DNA from: Acidobacteriota bacterium
GTDB lineage: Bacteria > Acidobacteriota > UBA6911 > RPQK01 > JAJDTT01
Length of the DNA stretch: 64,000 nucleotides
Reading direction: 5' to 3'
Assembly (NCBI GenBank): GCA_965263035.1
Contig: OZ253580.1
Location: forward strand, 3,232,001 to 3,296,000
This document shows, piece after piece, positions 28,817-37,169 of this stretch (its first letter is position 1; each line of letters starts with the position of its first letter). The position numbers and the translations under genes were made by a program. The notes under the pieces are model-generated. The model was given only the letters and a program-made list of their open reading frames with translations, made no database searches and was not told the DNA's origin.

Positions 28817-29932
28817 ATGGAAAACCTGGCTCATTCACTGGTGGGGGTGGCTCTGTCCCGGGCCGGGTTGGGAAGAAAGACCCCCTACGGCGCCACGTCG
28901 CTGGTGGTGGCTGCGAACCTGCCGGATCTGGATATCGTCGTGAGTTGGTGGGGCCCGCTCCACTATCTCCACCATCATCGGGGCGTGACCCATTCGGTGT
29001 TGGGCGTCCTGGTGCTGGCCCTGGCGTTTTCCCTGTTGCTCAAGTTTCTGGCCCGGTTCCGATCCGGAGACAAGACGTTTCCATTCGGTCCTCTCCTCTT
29101 GAGCGTCACCCTGACCCTGGTCAGCCATTCCCTGCTGGACTGGACCAATTCCTATGGCATCCGTCCCTGGCTGCCGTTTTCCGGGAAGTGGTACTACGGC
29201 GATCTGGTTTTCATCGTGGATCCCTACCTCTGGTTGATTCTGGGAGGAGCCGTATTCCTGACGGCCCGACGAACACGCGTGACGCGCCCGGTGTGGATCG
29301 CGGTTGTGGCCTTCATCTGCTTCTTGTTGCTGAAAAATGCGGAGGTTCGGCCCGACGGAGCCGTAGTGGCCGTGGTCTGCTTGTCGGCGATGGCCTTGAT
29401 CCTGATCCTGAAGAGGCAGCGGGCGGTCTGGAGTGGTTCCCTTAACGTCTGGGCTCTGGCCGGAGTCGCGGCCTACTGGGTCCTATTGTTGGCCTCTCGG
29501 ACCTTGACGTTGGCAGCAGCGGCTCCCGCCATCGCTCGAGCATATCCGCAGGTGCGGGCGGAGGAGCTGAACGCGCTGCCCCGCTTGGCCAATCCGTTGA
29601 GTTGGGAGGTCCTATGGCAGGATCGGAAACGGATCCATGCCTGGCGAGCATCCGTGTCGGGAGGGGAGCCGGGGAGAAGCCAGGTGCTTGAGAGACATCT
29701 GGACCATGATGCGGTCCGAGCCGCCCTCGCCACTTGCCCCGGACGCGTAATGGCGGGTTTCGGTCGGCTTACTTTCTACGATGTGATACCGGAACCGGAC
29801 CGAATACTGGTCCTGGCCCGGGATGCCCGGTTCGCTCGATTGCAGACTTCCGGATTCGGTGTCGTCCCCATACCCCTGAGTCGCGACCTCTCGCGAAGCC
29901 TGAGCCCATTGGCCTGTCCGTGCCAGGATTGA
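28817..29932 (+). CDS. Membrane-bound metal-dependent hydrolase (YdjM/DUF457 family)
   Basis: MENLAHSLVG, ANLPDLD, HHRGVTHS, SHSLLDWTNSYG, FIVDP. Confidence 0.9.
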   Translation: MENLAHSLVGVALSRAGLGRKTPYGATSLVVAANLPDLDIVVSWWGPLHYLHHHRGVTHSVLGVLVLALAFSLLLKFLARFRSGDKTFPFGPLLLSVTLTLVSHSLLDWTNSYGIRPWLPFSGKWYYGDLVFIVDPYLWLILGGAVFLTARRTRVTRPVWIAVVAFICFLLLKNAEVRPDGAVVAVVCLSAMALILILKRQRAVWSGSLNVWALAGVAAYWVLLLASRTLTLAAAAPAIARAYPQVRAEELNALPRLANPLSWEVLWQDRKRIHAWRASVSGGEPGRSQVLERHLDHDAVRAALATCPGRVMAGFGRLTFYDVIPEPDRILVLARDARFARLQTSGFGVVPIPLSRDLSRSLSPLACPCQD

Positions 29933-29946
29933 GGTGGATGACATCC

Positions 29947-29972
29947 GTCGGGGCGACCCTCGTGGTCGCCCT
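29947..29972. repeat. REP-like hairpin between convergent genes
   Basis: GTCG-GGGCGACC-ctcgt-GGTCGCCC: 8-bp stem preceded by a GTAG-like tetramer. Confidence 0.55.
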
Positions 29973-30007
29973 GGGTTCAGGATACGCAGGCTGGAGCGCA
30001 GAACGAG

Positions 30008-31003
30008 TTAACGCGCCTTCTCTTCGCGCAGCTTCCTGGTGAGCGCCGGCACGATCTCGACGAGGTCACCGACGATGCCATAGTTGGCCAGGTTGAAGAT
30101 GGGAGCGTCGGGGTCGGTGTTGATGGCGACGATGTTGGCCGAGTTCCTCATTCCCACCACGTGTTGAATGGCGCCGGAGATGCCGCAGGCAATGTACAGG
30201 CGGGGTGCCACCGATTGGCCGGAGCTGCCGATCTGGCGGTCCCGTTCCAGCCACTCGCTGTCGACGGCCGCCCGGCTGGCGCCCAACTCGGCTCCCAGGA
30301 CCTCTGCCAGTTCCTCCAGGAGACGCAGGTTTTCCTTTCGCTTGATGCCCCGGCCTGCGGCCACGATCATGTCCGCCTTGGTCAGGTCCACTTTCTCCTT
30401 CACGGCGCCGACGGTTTCCACGACGGTGCGGCGATGGGCCAGTCCCGAAAGATCGACGGTCCGTTCCACCACAGTGGCATCGCCCTCCAGCAGGTCGTTG
30501 CCGGCGCCGGCTCCCGACTGAAACGTGGCGATCCAGGGATGCGGAGACCGGACCCGAACATCCGCATTGATTCGATTTCGAAACATCTGGCGGACGAAGA
30601 TCATGCTCTCGCCGTCGATTCTGCAGTCGATGCAGTCCGTCACCAGTCCGCACTTCAGGGACGCGGCCAGCTTGGGGGCCAGATCGATGTTCTGGTAGCT
30701 GTGACCCATCAGGAAGGCCAGGGGACGGTCCTGCGCCAGCACCTGGGTCAGGGCCTGACAGTGGGCGTCCGGGTCGTACCCGTCGAATCTCTGGTCAGAG
30801 ACAACCAGGGCCGCATCGACCCGCATTTGGGCCACCTGGTCCACCGGGGACCGGTTCGGTCCGCAGAGGAGCAGTGCTTTGACCCTTAGTCCGTGCGAGT
30901 GCCCGAGTTGCTGAGCCAGGGCAAGAGTTTCCCGGGAGAGGGTGTCCACTCGTCCATTGGAGTGGTCCAACAATACGTAGATCTCACCCGGCATCTTTTT
31001 CAC
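30008..31003 (-). CDS. etfA: Electron transfer flavoprotein alpha subunit
   Basis: AAGRGI, GASRAAVD, QIGSSGQSVAPRLYIACGISGAIQHVVGM, AINTDPDAPIF. Confidence 0.95.
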   Translation of the reverse strand: MKKMPGEIYVLLDHSNGRVDTLSRETLALAQQLGHSHGLRVKALLLCGPNRSPVDQVAQMRVDAALVVSDQRFDGYDPDAHCQALTQVLAQDRPLAFLMGHSYQNIDLAPKLAASLKCGLVTDCIDCRIDGESMIFVRQMFRNRINADVRVRSPHPWIATFQSGAGAGNDLLEGDATVVERTVDLSGLAHRRTVVETVGAVKEKVDLTKADMIVAAGRGIKRKENLRLLEELAEVLGAELGASRAAVDSEWLERDRQIGSSGQSVAPRLYIACGISGAIQHVVGMRNSANIVAINTDPDAPIFNLANYGIVGDLVEIVPALTRKLREEKAR

Positions 31004-31061
31004 CGCCGTATTCTGACCGCGCGCCTTTCGGAACCCTTGCCTTTTGCCCGTGCGGGGGAAT

Positions 31062-31080
31062 GGGGGACATAATGTCCCCC
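31062..31080. other. Short palindrome between etfB and etfA
   Basis: GGGGGACAT-a-ATGTCCCCC perfect 9-bp inverted repeat just after the etfB stop. Confidence 0.45.
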
Positions 31081-31086
31081 CTCCTA

Positions 31087-31869
31087 TTACAGAACCTTTG
31101 CCTCTCGTCTGAGCCTGTCCACCAGCGTCGAGGCGATTTCATCCGGTGTGCCCTCGATCATCTCCGCCTTGCTGGTCTGTTCCGGGAAATAGAGGCGTTC
31201 GATCTCCAAGTGAGGCATGGAAGAGAAGTCCAACTCCAGATCGCCCAACTCGATCTTCCGGATTTCCTTGCGCCTGGCCTGCATGATTCCCCGCAATGTC
31301 GCATAGCGGATCTGAGAGATTCCGGCCTGGATGGTCAAGACGGCCGGGAGGGGAATCTCGACCCACTCGAACCATCCGCTTTCCATCTCCCGGAGGGCCC
31401 TGACGCTTCCTCGATCCATTTGGACCTGGACCTGCATGACGATGGTGGCGTGGGGAAGGCTCAGGAGGTGGGCCAGCATGGGCCCCGTCTGCGCGTAGCC
31501 GTAGTCGTCGGATTGAGTCCCGGTCAGGATCAGGTCATATTCCTGGTCCCGCAAAACCTTCTCCAGGGCCGCGGCGACCCGGTAGGGACTCGAAAGCTCA
31601 CGCTCCCGGTCCAGGATCAAGACGCCTCGATCGGCCCCCATGGCCAGACCCTTGCGCATCGATTTCTCCGCTTCGGCCCGGCCGGCGGTGAGCAGGACCA
31701 CCTCCCCTTGATGCTGTTCCTTGAGCTTCAGAGCCTCCTCGAGGGCGTACTCGTCGCATTCGCTGATCTCGTGGGTGACTTCCGCATTCCCGATCCAGGA
31801 AGAATCGGGCGACAGTTCATAGCGGGTGTCTCGACTGGGAGTTTCCTTGAGGCAGGTGACGACCTTCAT
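31087..31869 (-). CDS. etfB: Electron transfer flavoprotein beta subunit
   Basis: MKVVTCLK, DEYALEEALKLKE, LAMGADRG, GTQSDD, RYATLRGIMQA. Confidence 0.95.
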   Translation of the reverse strand: MKVVTCLKETPSRDTRYELSPDSSWIGNAEVTHEISECDEYALEEALKLKEQHQGEVVLLTAGRAEAEKSMRKGLAMGADRGVLILDRERELSSPYRVAAALEKVLRDQEYDLILTGTQSDDYGYAQTGPMLAHLLSLPHATIVMQVQVQMDRGSVRALREMESGWFEWVEIPLPAVLTIQAGISQIRYATLRGIMQARRKEIRKIELGDLELDFSSMPHLEIERLYFPEQTSKAEMIEGTPDEIASTLVDRLRREAKVL

Positions 31870-32288
31870 TTCCGGAACAGTCTTTCGAACATCTCCCGGG
31901 GTTCCAACGGCCGCTCCCTTACCGAAGTGGTCGCTTTCTCCAAAGCCGTTCGAATCTCGAAGAACCGGCAATCGTTACGGTCGTTCTTGTTGGCAACTCT
32001 CTGAGGGATCGGCTCCGAGCACTCGAAACGGGCGCCGGGATCGAAATAGACACAGTTCTTGCATGTGTGCAGGTCGGTGGCGCACTTGGGACATTGGCTG
32101 GTGGTGCCCACCTCCGAGAACGAGGGGGACAGGGTCCCTCCACACATGGAGCACCGGATCACTTGATGAAACTTGGTCATGCGGGGAGAGCGGGGTCCTT
32201 CCCGCGACGGGCGTGGTCCGGACGACCTTCGCGGTCTTTCGCGCCGTTCCCGGTTTTCTTCGTAGCCGTGCTGGCGGTATTTCCTCAT
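31866..32288 (-). CDS. Cys-rich (Zn-ribbon-like) hypothetical protein coupled to etfB
   Basis: CSMC, CPKC, CKNC plus two further Cys; basic N-terminus; ATGA overlap with etfB. Confidence 0.8.
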   Translation of the reverse strand: MRKYRQHGYEENRERRERPRRSSGPRPSREGPRSPRMTKFHQVIRCSMCGGTLSPSFSEVGTTSQCPKCATDLHTCKNCVYFDPGARFECSEPIPQRVANKNDRNDCRFFEIRTALEKATTSVRERPLEPREMFERLFRK

Positions 32289-32524
32289 CGTTGCGCTCCT
32301 GCCGAAAATTCGGACCGGTATCGGAGAATCAGACGATCCGTGAGATCGATCTAGTTGAGTTGGAGGCGGCCGGCGGTTACATTGTCCCCGTCCGGTAGCA
32401 TCCTGACTCGGTTCAGCTCGTCGGGCCGCCGAGAAATGAAATCGGGCCGGGAGCCCGGAAGCCGACGGGAACGACGTCAGTGAGTCTTTGAAACACCTTG
32501 GAACAAACGGTGGCCGCCACTCCC

Positions 32525-32779
32525 ATGGACCCTGTGCAGATCAGATTCTACACGCGTAAGGGCTGCCACCTCTGCAAGAAAACTCTGACAGTATTGCAGG
32601 AACTTCAGAATGAGTTCAAGTTCCGCGTGCAGCTCGTCGACATCGATGGTTCCCCGCATCTCCTTGCGGCGTACGGACATGACATTCCGGTCGGTGAGTT
32701 GGAGGGACGGGAAATTTTCAGGCATCGGATCGACAAGCACGCCATGAGGGAAATCTTGCGGGGGAGACTCAAGAGCTGA
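32525..32779 (+). CDS. Glutaredoxin-like protein (DUF836 type)
   Basis: FYTRKGCHLC, VDID, YGHDIPV. Confidence 0.85.
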   Translation: MDPVQIRFYTRKGCHLCKKTLTVLQELQNEFKFRVQLVDIDGSPHLLAAYGHDIPVGELEGREIFRHRIDKHAMREILRGRLKS

Positions 32780-32813
32780 AGACGAACCCGATGCGGTCGA
32801 GCACCCTATCGTT

Positions 32814-33359
32814 ATGAAGATCTATACGGGCGGAGGGGACGGCGGGCGGACGTCTCTGTTCAGCGGTGAACGCGTCGGCAAGGACGCTCGAAGGGTGGAG
32901 ACCTACGGAACCCTCGATGAACTCAACTCTCTGTTGGGTTGGGCTCGGACGCAGACACGGTGCCCCGAAATCTCGGAGATCCTGACGGCTTTGCAGTCGG
33001 AACTCTTCGAGGCCGGCGCGGACCTGGCGACGGTGGGCAGCCGCCGCCGGGTTCGCCGTCTGGGCGAGAATGACTGGGGAAGGCTGGAGTCCCTGATCGA
33101 CGAACTGGACGGAAAGCTGCCGCCGCTGAGGAACTTCGTTCTCCCCGGCGGTTCCGCCGCAGCCTCGGTCATCCATATGGCGCGATCGGTCTGCCGGAGG
33201 GGAGAGCGTCTGCTGGTTCGCCTGATGCGGGCTGAACCGAACGTCAACGAACACCTTCTGGTATACCTGAACCGGCTGTCGGATCTGCTCTTCGTGCTGG
33301 CGCGCTACGAGAACTTCCGGGCGGGAGCGGAAGAAACTCCTTGGAGACCGAGAAATTGA
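32814..33359 (+). CDS. ATP:cob(I)alamin adenosyltransferase, PduO type
   Basis: KIYTGGGDGGRT, YGTLDELNS, FVLPGG, RSVCRRGER, YLNRLSDLLFVLAR. Confidence 0.95.
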   Translation: MKIYTGGGDGGRTSLFSGERVGKDARRVETYGTLDELNSLLGWARTQTRCPEISEILTALQSELFEAGADLATVGSRRRVRRLGENDWGRLESLIDELDGKLPPLRNFVLPGGSAAASVIHMARSVCRRGERLLVRLMRAEPNVNEHLLVYLNRLSDLLFVLARYENFRAGAEETPWRPRN

Positions 33360-34117
33360 GGATATTGGACTCTGAATGTCCCGATTGCCGCGGTACGGGC
33401 TGGTCCCTCATGGTGAGAGACGGGACCGAGGCCGTGGTTTCCTGTCCTCGCTGCGGAGCCGAAGATCGCGTGGATCAGCTGTTTCGGCGAGCGAGGATCC
33501 CCGACCGCTATATAACCAAGGATTTCCGCGCCTACAATCCCGATCCCAAATATCCCTCCCAGACGGAGGCGGTCACGAGTTCCATCCAATTCGTGGAATC
33601 CTTTCCGGAGGTTCCCCGCGGTCTCCTCTTCAGCGGGCCTTGCGGCGTCGGCAAGACGCACTTGGCCGTCGCCGTCCTCAAGGACTTGGTCCTGGAGAAG
33701 CAGGTCAGCGTCCGTTTCGTGGACGAGACCGAACTCCTCCGCAGACTCCAGTACTCCTTCGGACCGGATTCCCCCGAAACCGAGAGGGAAGTGCTGCGGC
33801 CTCTCTATTCCGCGGAGCTTCTGGTCTGGGACGATCTGGGCGCCGGACGTCCGACGGAGTGGGTTGCAGAAACCATCCGGACCATTCTGAACTTCCGTTA
33901 CACTCGCCAGAAACAGATCGTGCTCACCACGAACCTGCCCCTGAAGCCTGCCGGGAGCGGTTACGCCGAGAAACTGGGAAGGGAGCAGAATCTGGCCGAG
34001 AGGATCGGTGCCCCGCTCTACTCCCGGATCATGGAGATGTGCCAGGTCGTCGAAATGGACGGTCGCGACTTTCGGAGGCAGGTTTACAAAGCGAGTCTGG
34101 ACGCCCAGCAGGTATAG
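33341..34117 (+). CDS. DnaC/DnaI/IstB-family AAA+ ATPase with N-terminal Zn motif
   Basis: CPDC..CPRC, ARIPDRY, GPCGVGKTHL, LLVWDDLG, TTN, YSRIMEM, GRDFR. Start uncertain; the TAG stop overlaps repeat A. Confidence 0.88.
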   Translation: METEKLRILDSECPDCRGTGWSLMVRDGTEAVVSCPRCGAEDRVDQLFRRARIPDRYITKDFRAYNPDPKYPSQTEAVTSSIQFVESFPEVPRGLLFSGPCGVGKTHLAVAVLKDLVLEKQVSVRFVDETELLRRLQYSFGPDSPETEREVLRPLYSAELLVWDDLGAGRPTEWVAETIRTILNFRYTRQKQIVLTTNLPLKPAGSGYAEKLGREQNLAERIGAPLYSRIMEMCQVVEMDGRDFRRQVYKASLDAQQV

Positions 34118-34279
34118 CAGCCCGTGGCAAAAGCCGTCACGGCATTCGACCGTCCCTGCATCGTGCGCGGACTGTGTTGCGATTCGGTCACATACTCCCG
34201 GTATGCTCCCTCACCGCGCCTGGTCCGGCGGGCGCAGGAACGGTCTCGGTGCTCGCGGGACTTTCACCACGGACTGCTA
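34115..34279. mobile_element. Family A element, full copy
   Basis: TAGCAGCCCGTGGCAAAAG ... CTTTCACCACGGACTGCTA. Confidence 0.92.
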
Positions 34280-34354
34280 GCGAGCCGGGAGCGAGTTTCC
34301 ACCGAAGTCCCGATCCGATACTGCGGCTGGATTCATCGTAGATTCACATCAGAC

Positions 34355-34363
34355 TGCTAAAAT
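34355..34363 (+). promoter_or_regulatory. Putative extended -10 (TGC-TAAAAT), leaderless
   Basis: Lies 6 nt before ATG 34370; preceded by A-terminus-like TTCACATCAGACTGCTA. Confidence 0.6.
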
Positions 34364-34369
34364 CGCGCC

Positions 34370-35656
34370 ATGGCAAGACTATTTCCCTTTCGAGGCTACC
34401 GTTACGATTCGCAGCTGGTCCCGCGGTTGGACGACGTCGTGACCCAACCCTACGACAAGATTTCTCCCGGCATGCTTCGGAGATATCTGCGGAAGGACCC
34501 CCGGAACATCGCCAGGGTCATCAAGAATACGGACTACGCCGATGCGGCGCGGCATCTCACCGATTGGATCGAGTCGGGGGTCCTGCGGCGCGACGGGGTT
34601 CCGTCGTTCTACCCCTATCGGCAGGTCTTCGAGATCCAGGGACAATCCCACGCTCGACTGGGTTTCATCGGCTTGATCTCTCTGGACGAGGCGGACCTGG
34701 CCGTTCGGGGCCACGAAAGGGTGCTTCGCGGACCACTCCAGGACCGTCTCAACCTGATTCGCCACACCGAGTCCAACGAGGGGCTCATTTTCATGCTCTA
34801 TTCGGACCCCGGCTTGTCCGTGGACCGGTTGCTCGCCCGATTCACCGAGTCCACCGAACCTGTGATCCAGGTCCAGGACGAGTACGGCGTGCATCACCAG
34901 TTGTGGCAACTTACGCAGTCGAACCTCCAGGCAGAGGTCACCGCCGGGCTCATGAGTAACCGGCTCTACATCGCCGACGGTCATCACCGTTTCCAGACCT
35001 CGGTCGAGTACCGCAACGAGTGTCTCGCCCAAGGCTGGCGAACCTCGGGTCCGGAGAGCTTCGACAAGCGAATGATCGGGCTCTTCAACATGGAGAGTCC
35101 CGGACTCAAGGTCCTGGCGACGCATCGCGGAATCAAGAACGTGGACGAATCCCGGATCGGGCGCCTCCCGGCCGGTCTGGAGCCATTTTTCCAGGTGGAA
35201 AGCGTTGCCCGCGCGGAAGACCTGACCTCGCTCCTGGCGGGAGAAGGCCAAACCATGGGTCTTGTCTTCGGTGGTACGGGGCAGTCCTGTCTGCTCCGGC
35301 TCCGGGAACGAGCCCCTTCCGACCCGTCCTTCATGACAACCATTCAGGGACCGGCTCGTTCATTGGACGTGAACATTCTGCATGAAGGCATTCTCAACCC
35401 GCTTCTTGGGATCGGCGCCGAGGAACTCTCCAGCCAGAACTTCGTCGAATATTTCCGGGCTCCTGGGGAGCTGATCTCAAAGGTCAAAAAGGGCGAGCTT
35501 CAGGCCGGTTTTCTGTTGAATGCAACTCGCTTGGGACAGGTCAGGGAAATTTCCGATCTGAGCCAGAAAATGCCTCAGAAGTCCACCGATTTCTATCCCA
35601 AGCTCCTGACCGGACTGGTTCTGATGAAGATGGAGATGGCGAGAGGTCCGGAGTAG
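34370..35656 (+). CDS. DUF1015 family protein
   Basis: PFRGYRY, QPYDKIS, HE, YIADGHHR, THR, KMPQKSTDFYPKLLTGL. Confidence 0.92.
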   Translation: MARLFPFRGYRYDSQLVPRLDDVVTQPYDKISPGMLRRYLRKDPRNIARVIKNTDYADAARHLTDWIESGVLRRDGVPSFYPYRQVFEIQGQSHARLGFIGLISLDEADLAVRGHERVLRGPLQDRLNLIRHTESNEGLIFMLYSDPGLSVDRLLARFTESTEPVIQVQDEYGVHHQLWQLTQSNLQAEVTAGLMSNRLYIADGHHRFQTSVEYRNECLAQGWRTSGPESFDKRMIGLFNMESPGLKVLATHRGIKNVDESRIGRLPAGLEPFFQVESVARAEDLTSLLAGEGQTMGLVFGGTGQSCLLRLRERAPSDPSFMTTIQGPARSLDVNILHEGILNPLLGIGAEELSSQNFVEYFRAPGELISKVKKGELQAGFLLNATRLGQVREISDLSQKMPQKSTDFYPKLLTGLVLMKMEMARGPE

Positions 35657-35704
35657 CTCGACTCCGGTTCCGCGATGGGCCGGAAACGCATTCGGGCAAG
35701 GCTC

Positions 35705-35869
35705 CAGGAGTCTGCGCGGTAGAAATGATCGTAGCGAGAAAGTGGGGAATCGAGGCCGGATTTTCTCGATTTGGAGGTGCATAGTTGTTCTATTCGCCGA
35801 GAAATCGGGGGAATCTGGACCGATTCTACCGCTTTCGCAGTAGATCAATTTCTGCGGCGCAGGCTCCTA
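35705..35869. mobile_element. Family B element, full copy
   Basis: CAGGAGTCTGCGCGG ... GCGCAGGCTCCTA; near-identical to 13198-13362. Confidence 0.92.
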
Positions 35870-35894
35870 GGCCGCATTTCCCGCCGGGGACGCC

Positions 35895-36656
35895 ATGATC
35901 GAATCCGAATTGGTCCGGCGCCTATCCATCGTCCTGGTCGGGACCCGAAGCCCCGGCAACATCGGTTCGGCGGCGCGCGCCATGGTCAACATGGGCCTCC
36001 GCCGTCTCAAACTGGTCCGCCCGGTGGCGGAGTGGAGGGAGGAGGCCGTGAAAATGGCCTCGGGAGCCCTGGATCGGATGGACCCGGTCCAGGTCCATAC
36101 CTCATTCGATGAGTCGGTGGCCGAAGCGCAGATTCTGGTGGGAACCACCTCCGGCAGGGAGAGACGAACCCATCATCCCGTGTACACACCGCGCCAGATC
36201 GCCCCGCTTCTGAAGCGGTATGCCCGAACCCAGGAGGTGGCGCTGCTCTTCGGTCCCGAGAACCGGGGACTCACCGACCGTCAGCTTTCCCGATGCCGAT
36301 ACCTGGCGACGGTGCCTTCGAACGACGCCTTTCCGGTGTTGAATCTGGCTCAGACCGTCATGGTTCTCGCGTACGAGATCAACACCTGTGAGGAAGCAGA
36401 ACGTGAAGTCCAACCCGACCTGGTGACACACGACCAACGGGAACGGCTGTTCCGGCAAATGGAGCGAGTTCTGATCCGTATCGGGTTCCTGAGTTCGTCG
36501 AATCCGGACCACATCATGAAGGCCATTCGCAGGTTCCTGGGGCGCGCGGACCTGTCCGAACGGGATGTCCGAATCCTGAGAGGCATCTTCAGCCAAGGGG
36601 AATGGCACGCTCGGCACGGGGACCGGCTTCCACCCGATCAGGTGCGCAAACCGTGA
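35895..36656 (+). CDS. trmJ: SPOUT RNA methyltransferase, TrmJ/LasT family
   Basis: PGNIGSAARAMVNMG, LFGPENRGL, LNLAQTV, ILRGI. Confidence 0.85.
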   Translation: MIESELVRRLSIVLVGTRSPGNIGSAARAMVNMGLRRLKLVRPVAEWREEAVKMASGALDRMDPVQVHTSFDESVAEAQILVGTTSGRERRTHHPVYTPRQIAPLLKRYARTQEVALLFGPENRGLTDRQLSRCRYLATVPSNDAFPVLNLAQTVMVLAYEINTCEEAEREVQPDLVTHDQRERLFRQMERVLIRIGFLSSSNPDHIMKAIRRFLGRADLSERDVRILRGIFSQGEWHARHGDRLPPDQVRKP

Positions 36657-36705
36657 CGGACTGTGATGAAAGGTGCGGGCCGAGGCCGGGCTGCTATGTC
36701 TGCCG

Positions 36706-37008
36706 CTACCGGGCCAGCTTGCTCTTGAATCTCTGGACCCGCCGCCGCAACTCGTGAAACGCATGGGTGATGCTGGTGGAAGGGTTGGTCGCCGTTTCAC
36801 GGACCCGAATGGCCGTCTGCGGAACCACCAATACCAACACCGTTTCGCACTGCCGGCCGCGCGGCAGCACCTCGACCACGACGTGAAGATCCAGATCGTG
36901 AGGCTTGAAGCTGGGAAGAAGCCTGCGGACCTTGGCGCTCTGTCTGCCGATCAGGCGCTGTAAGCTGGAGTCCAACCGCAGATGCCGACCCTGAACCTCA
37001 ATCTTCAT
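36706..37008 (-). CDS. HPF/RaiA-like ribosome-associated protein
   Basis: MKIEVQGRHL N-terminus, ~100 aa, C-terminal helix AFHELRRRVQRFKSK; TATAAT upstream at 37022-37027. Confidence 0.7.
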   Translation of the reverse strand: MKIEVQGRHLRLDSSLQRLIGRQSAKVRRLLPSFKPHDLDLHVVVEVLPRGRQCETVLVLVVPQTAIRVRETATNPSTSITHAFHELRRRVQRFKSKLAR

Positions 37009-37169
37009 TAATTCTTTACAAATTATAGTCTCGACGGTCGACGAGCATCAACTGACTTCTGAGAGCCGTCTACAGGGTTGTAACGGACGGCGGCCGAACT
37101 CCCGTGGCGACTCCTGATGCAGGCTGATAGACTCCGCTGCCCTGACCCCAACATCGATGGAGTGGTGAA

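Noticed and set aside
33341-34279. IS21-like element (IstB ATPase next to inverted repeats)
   Set aside because: No IstA transposase. The adjacent repeat is a self-contained family A element with TA ends, not IS21 TG...CA termini.
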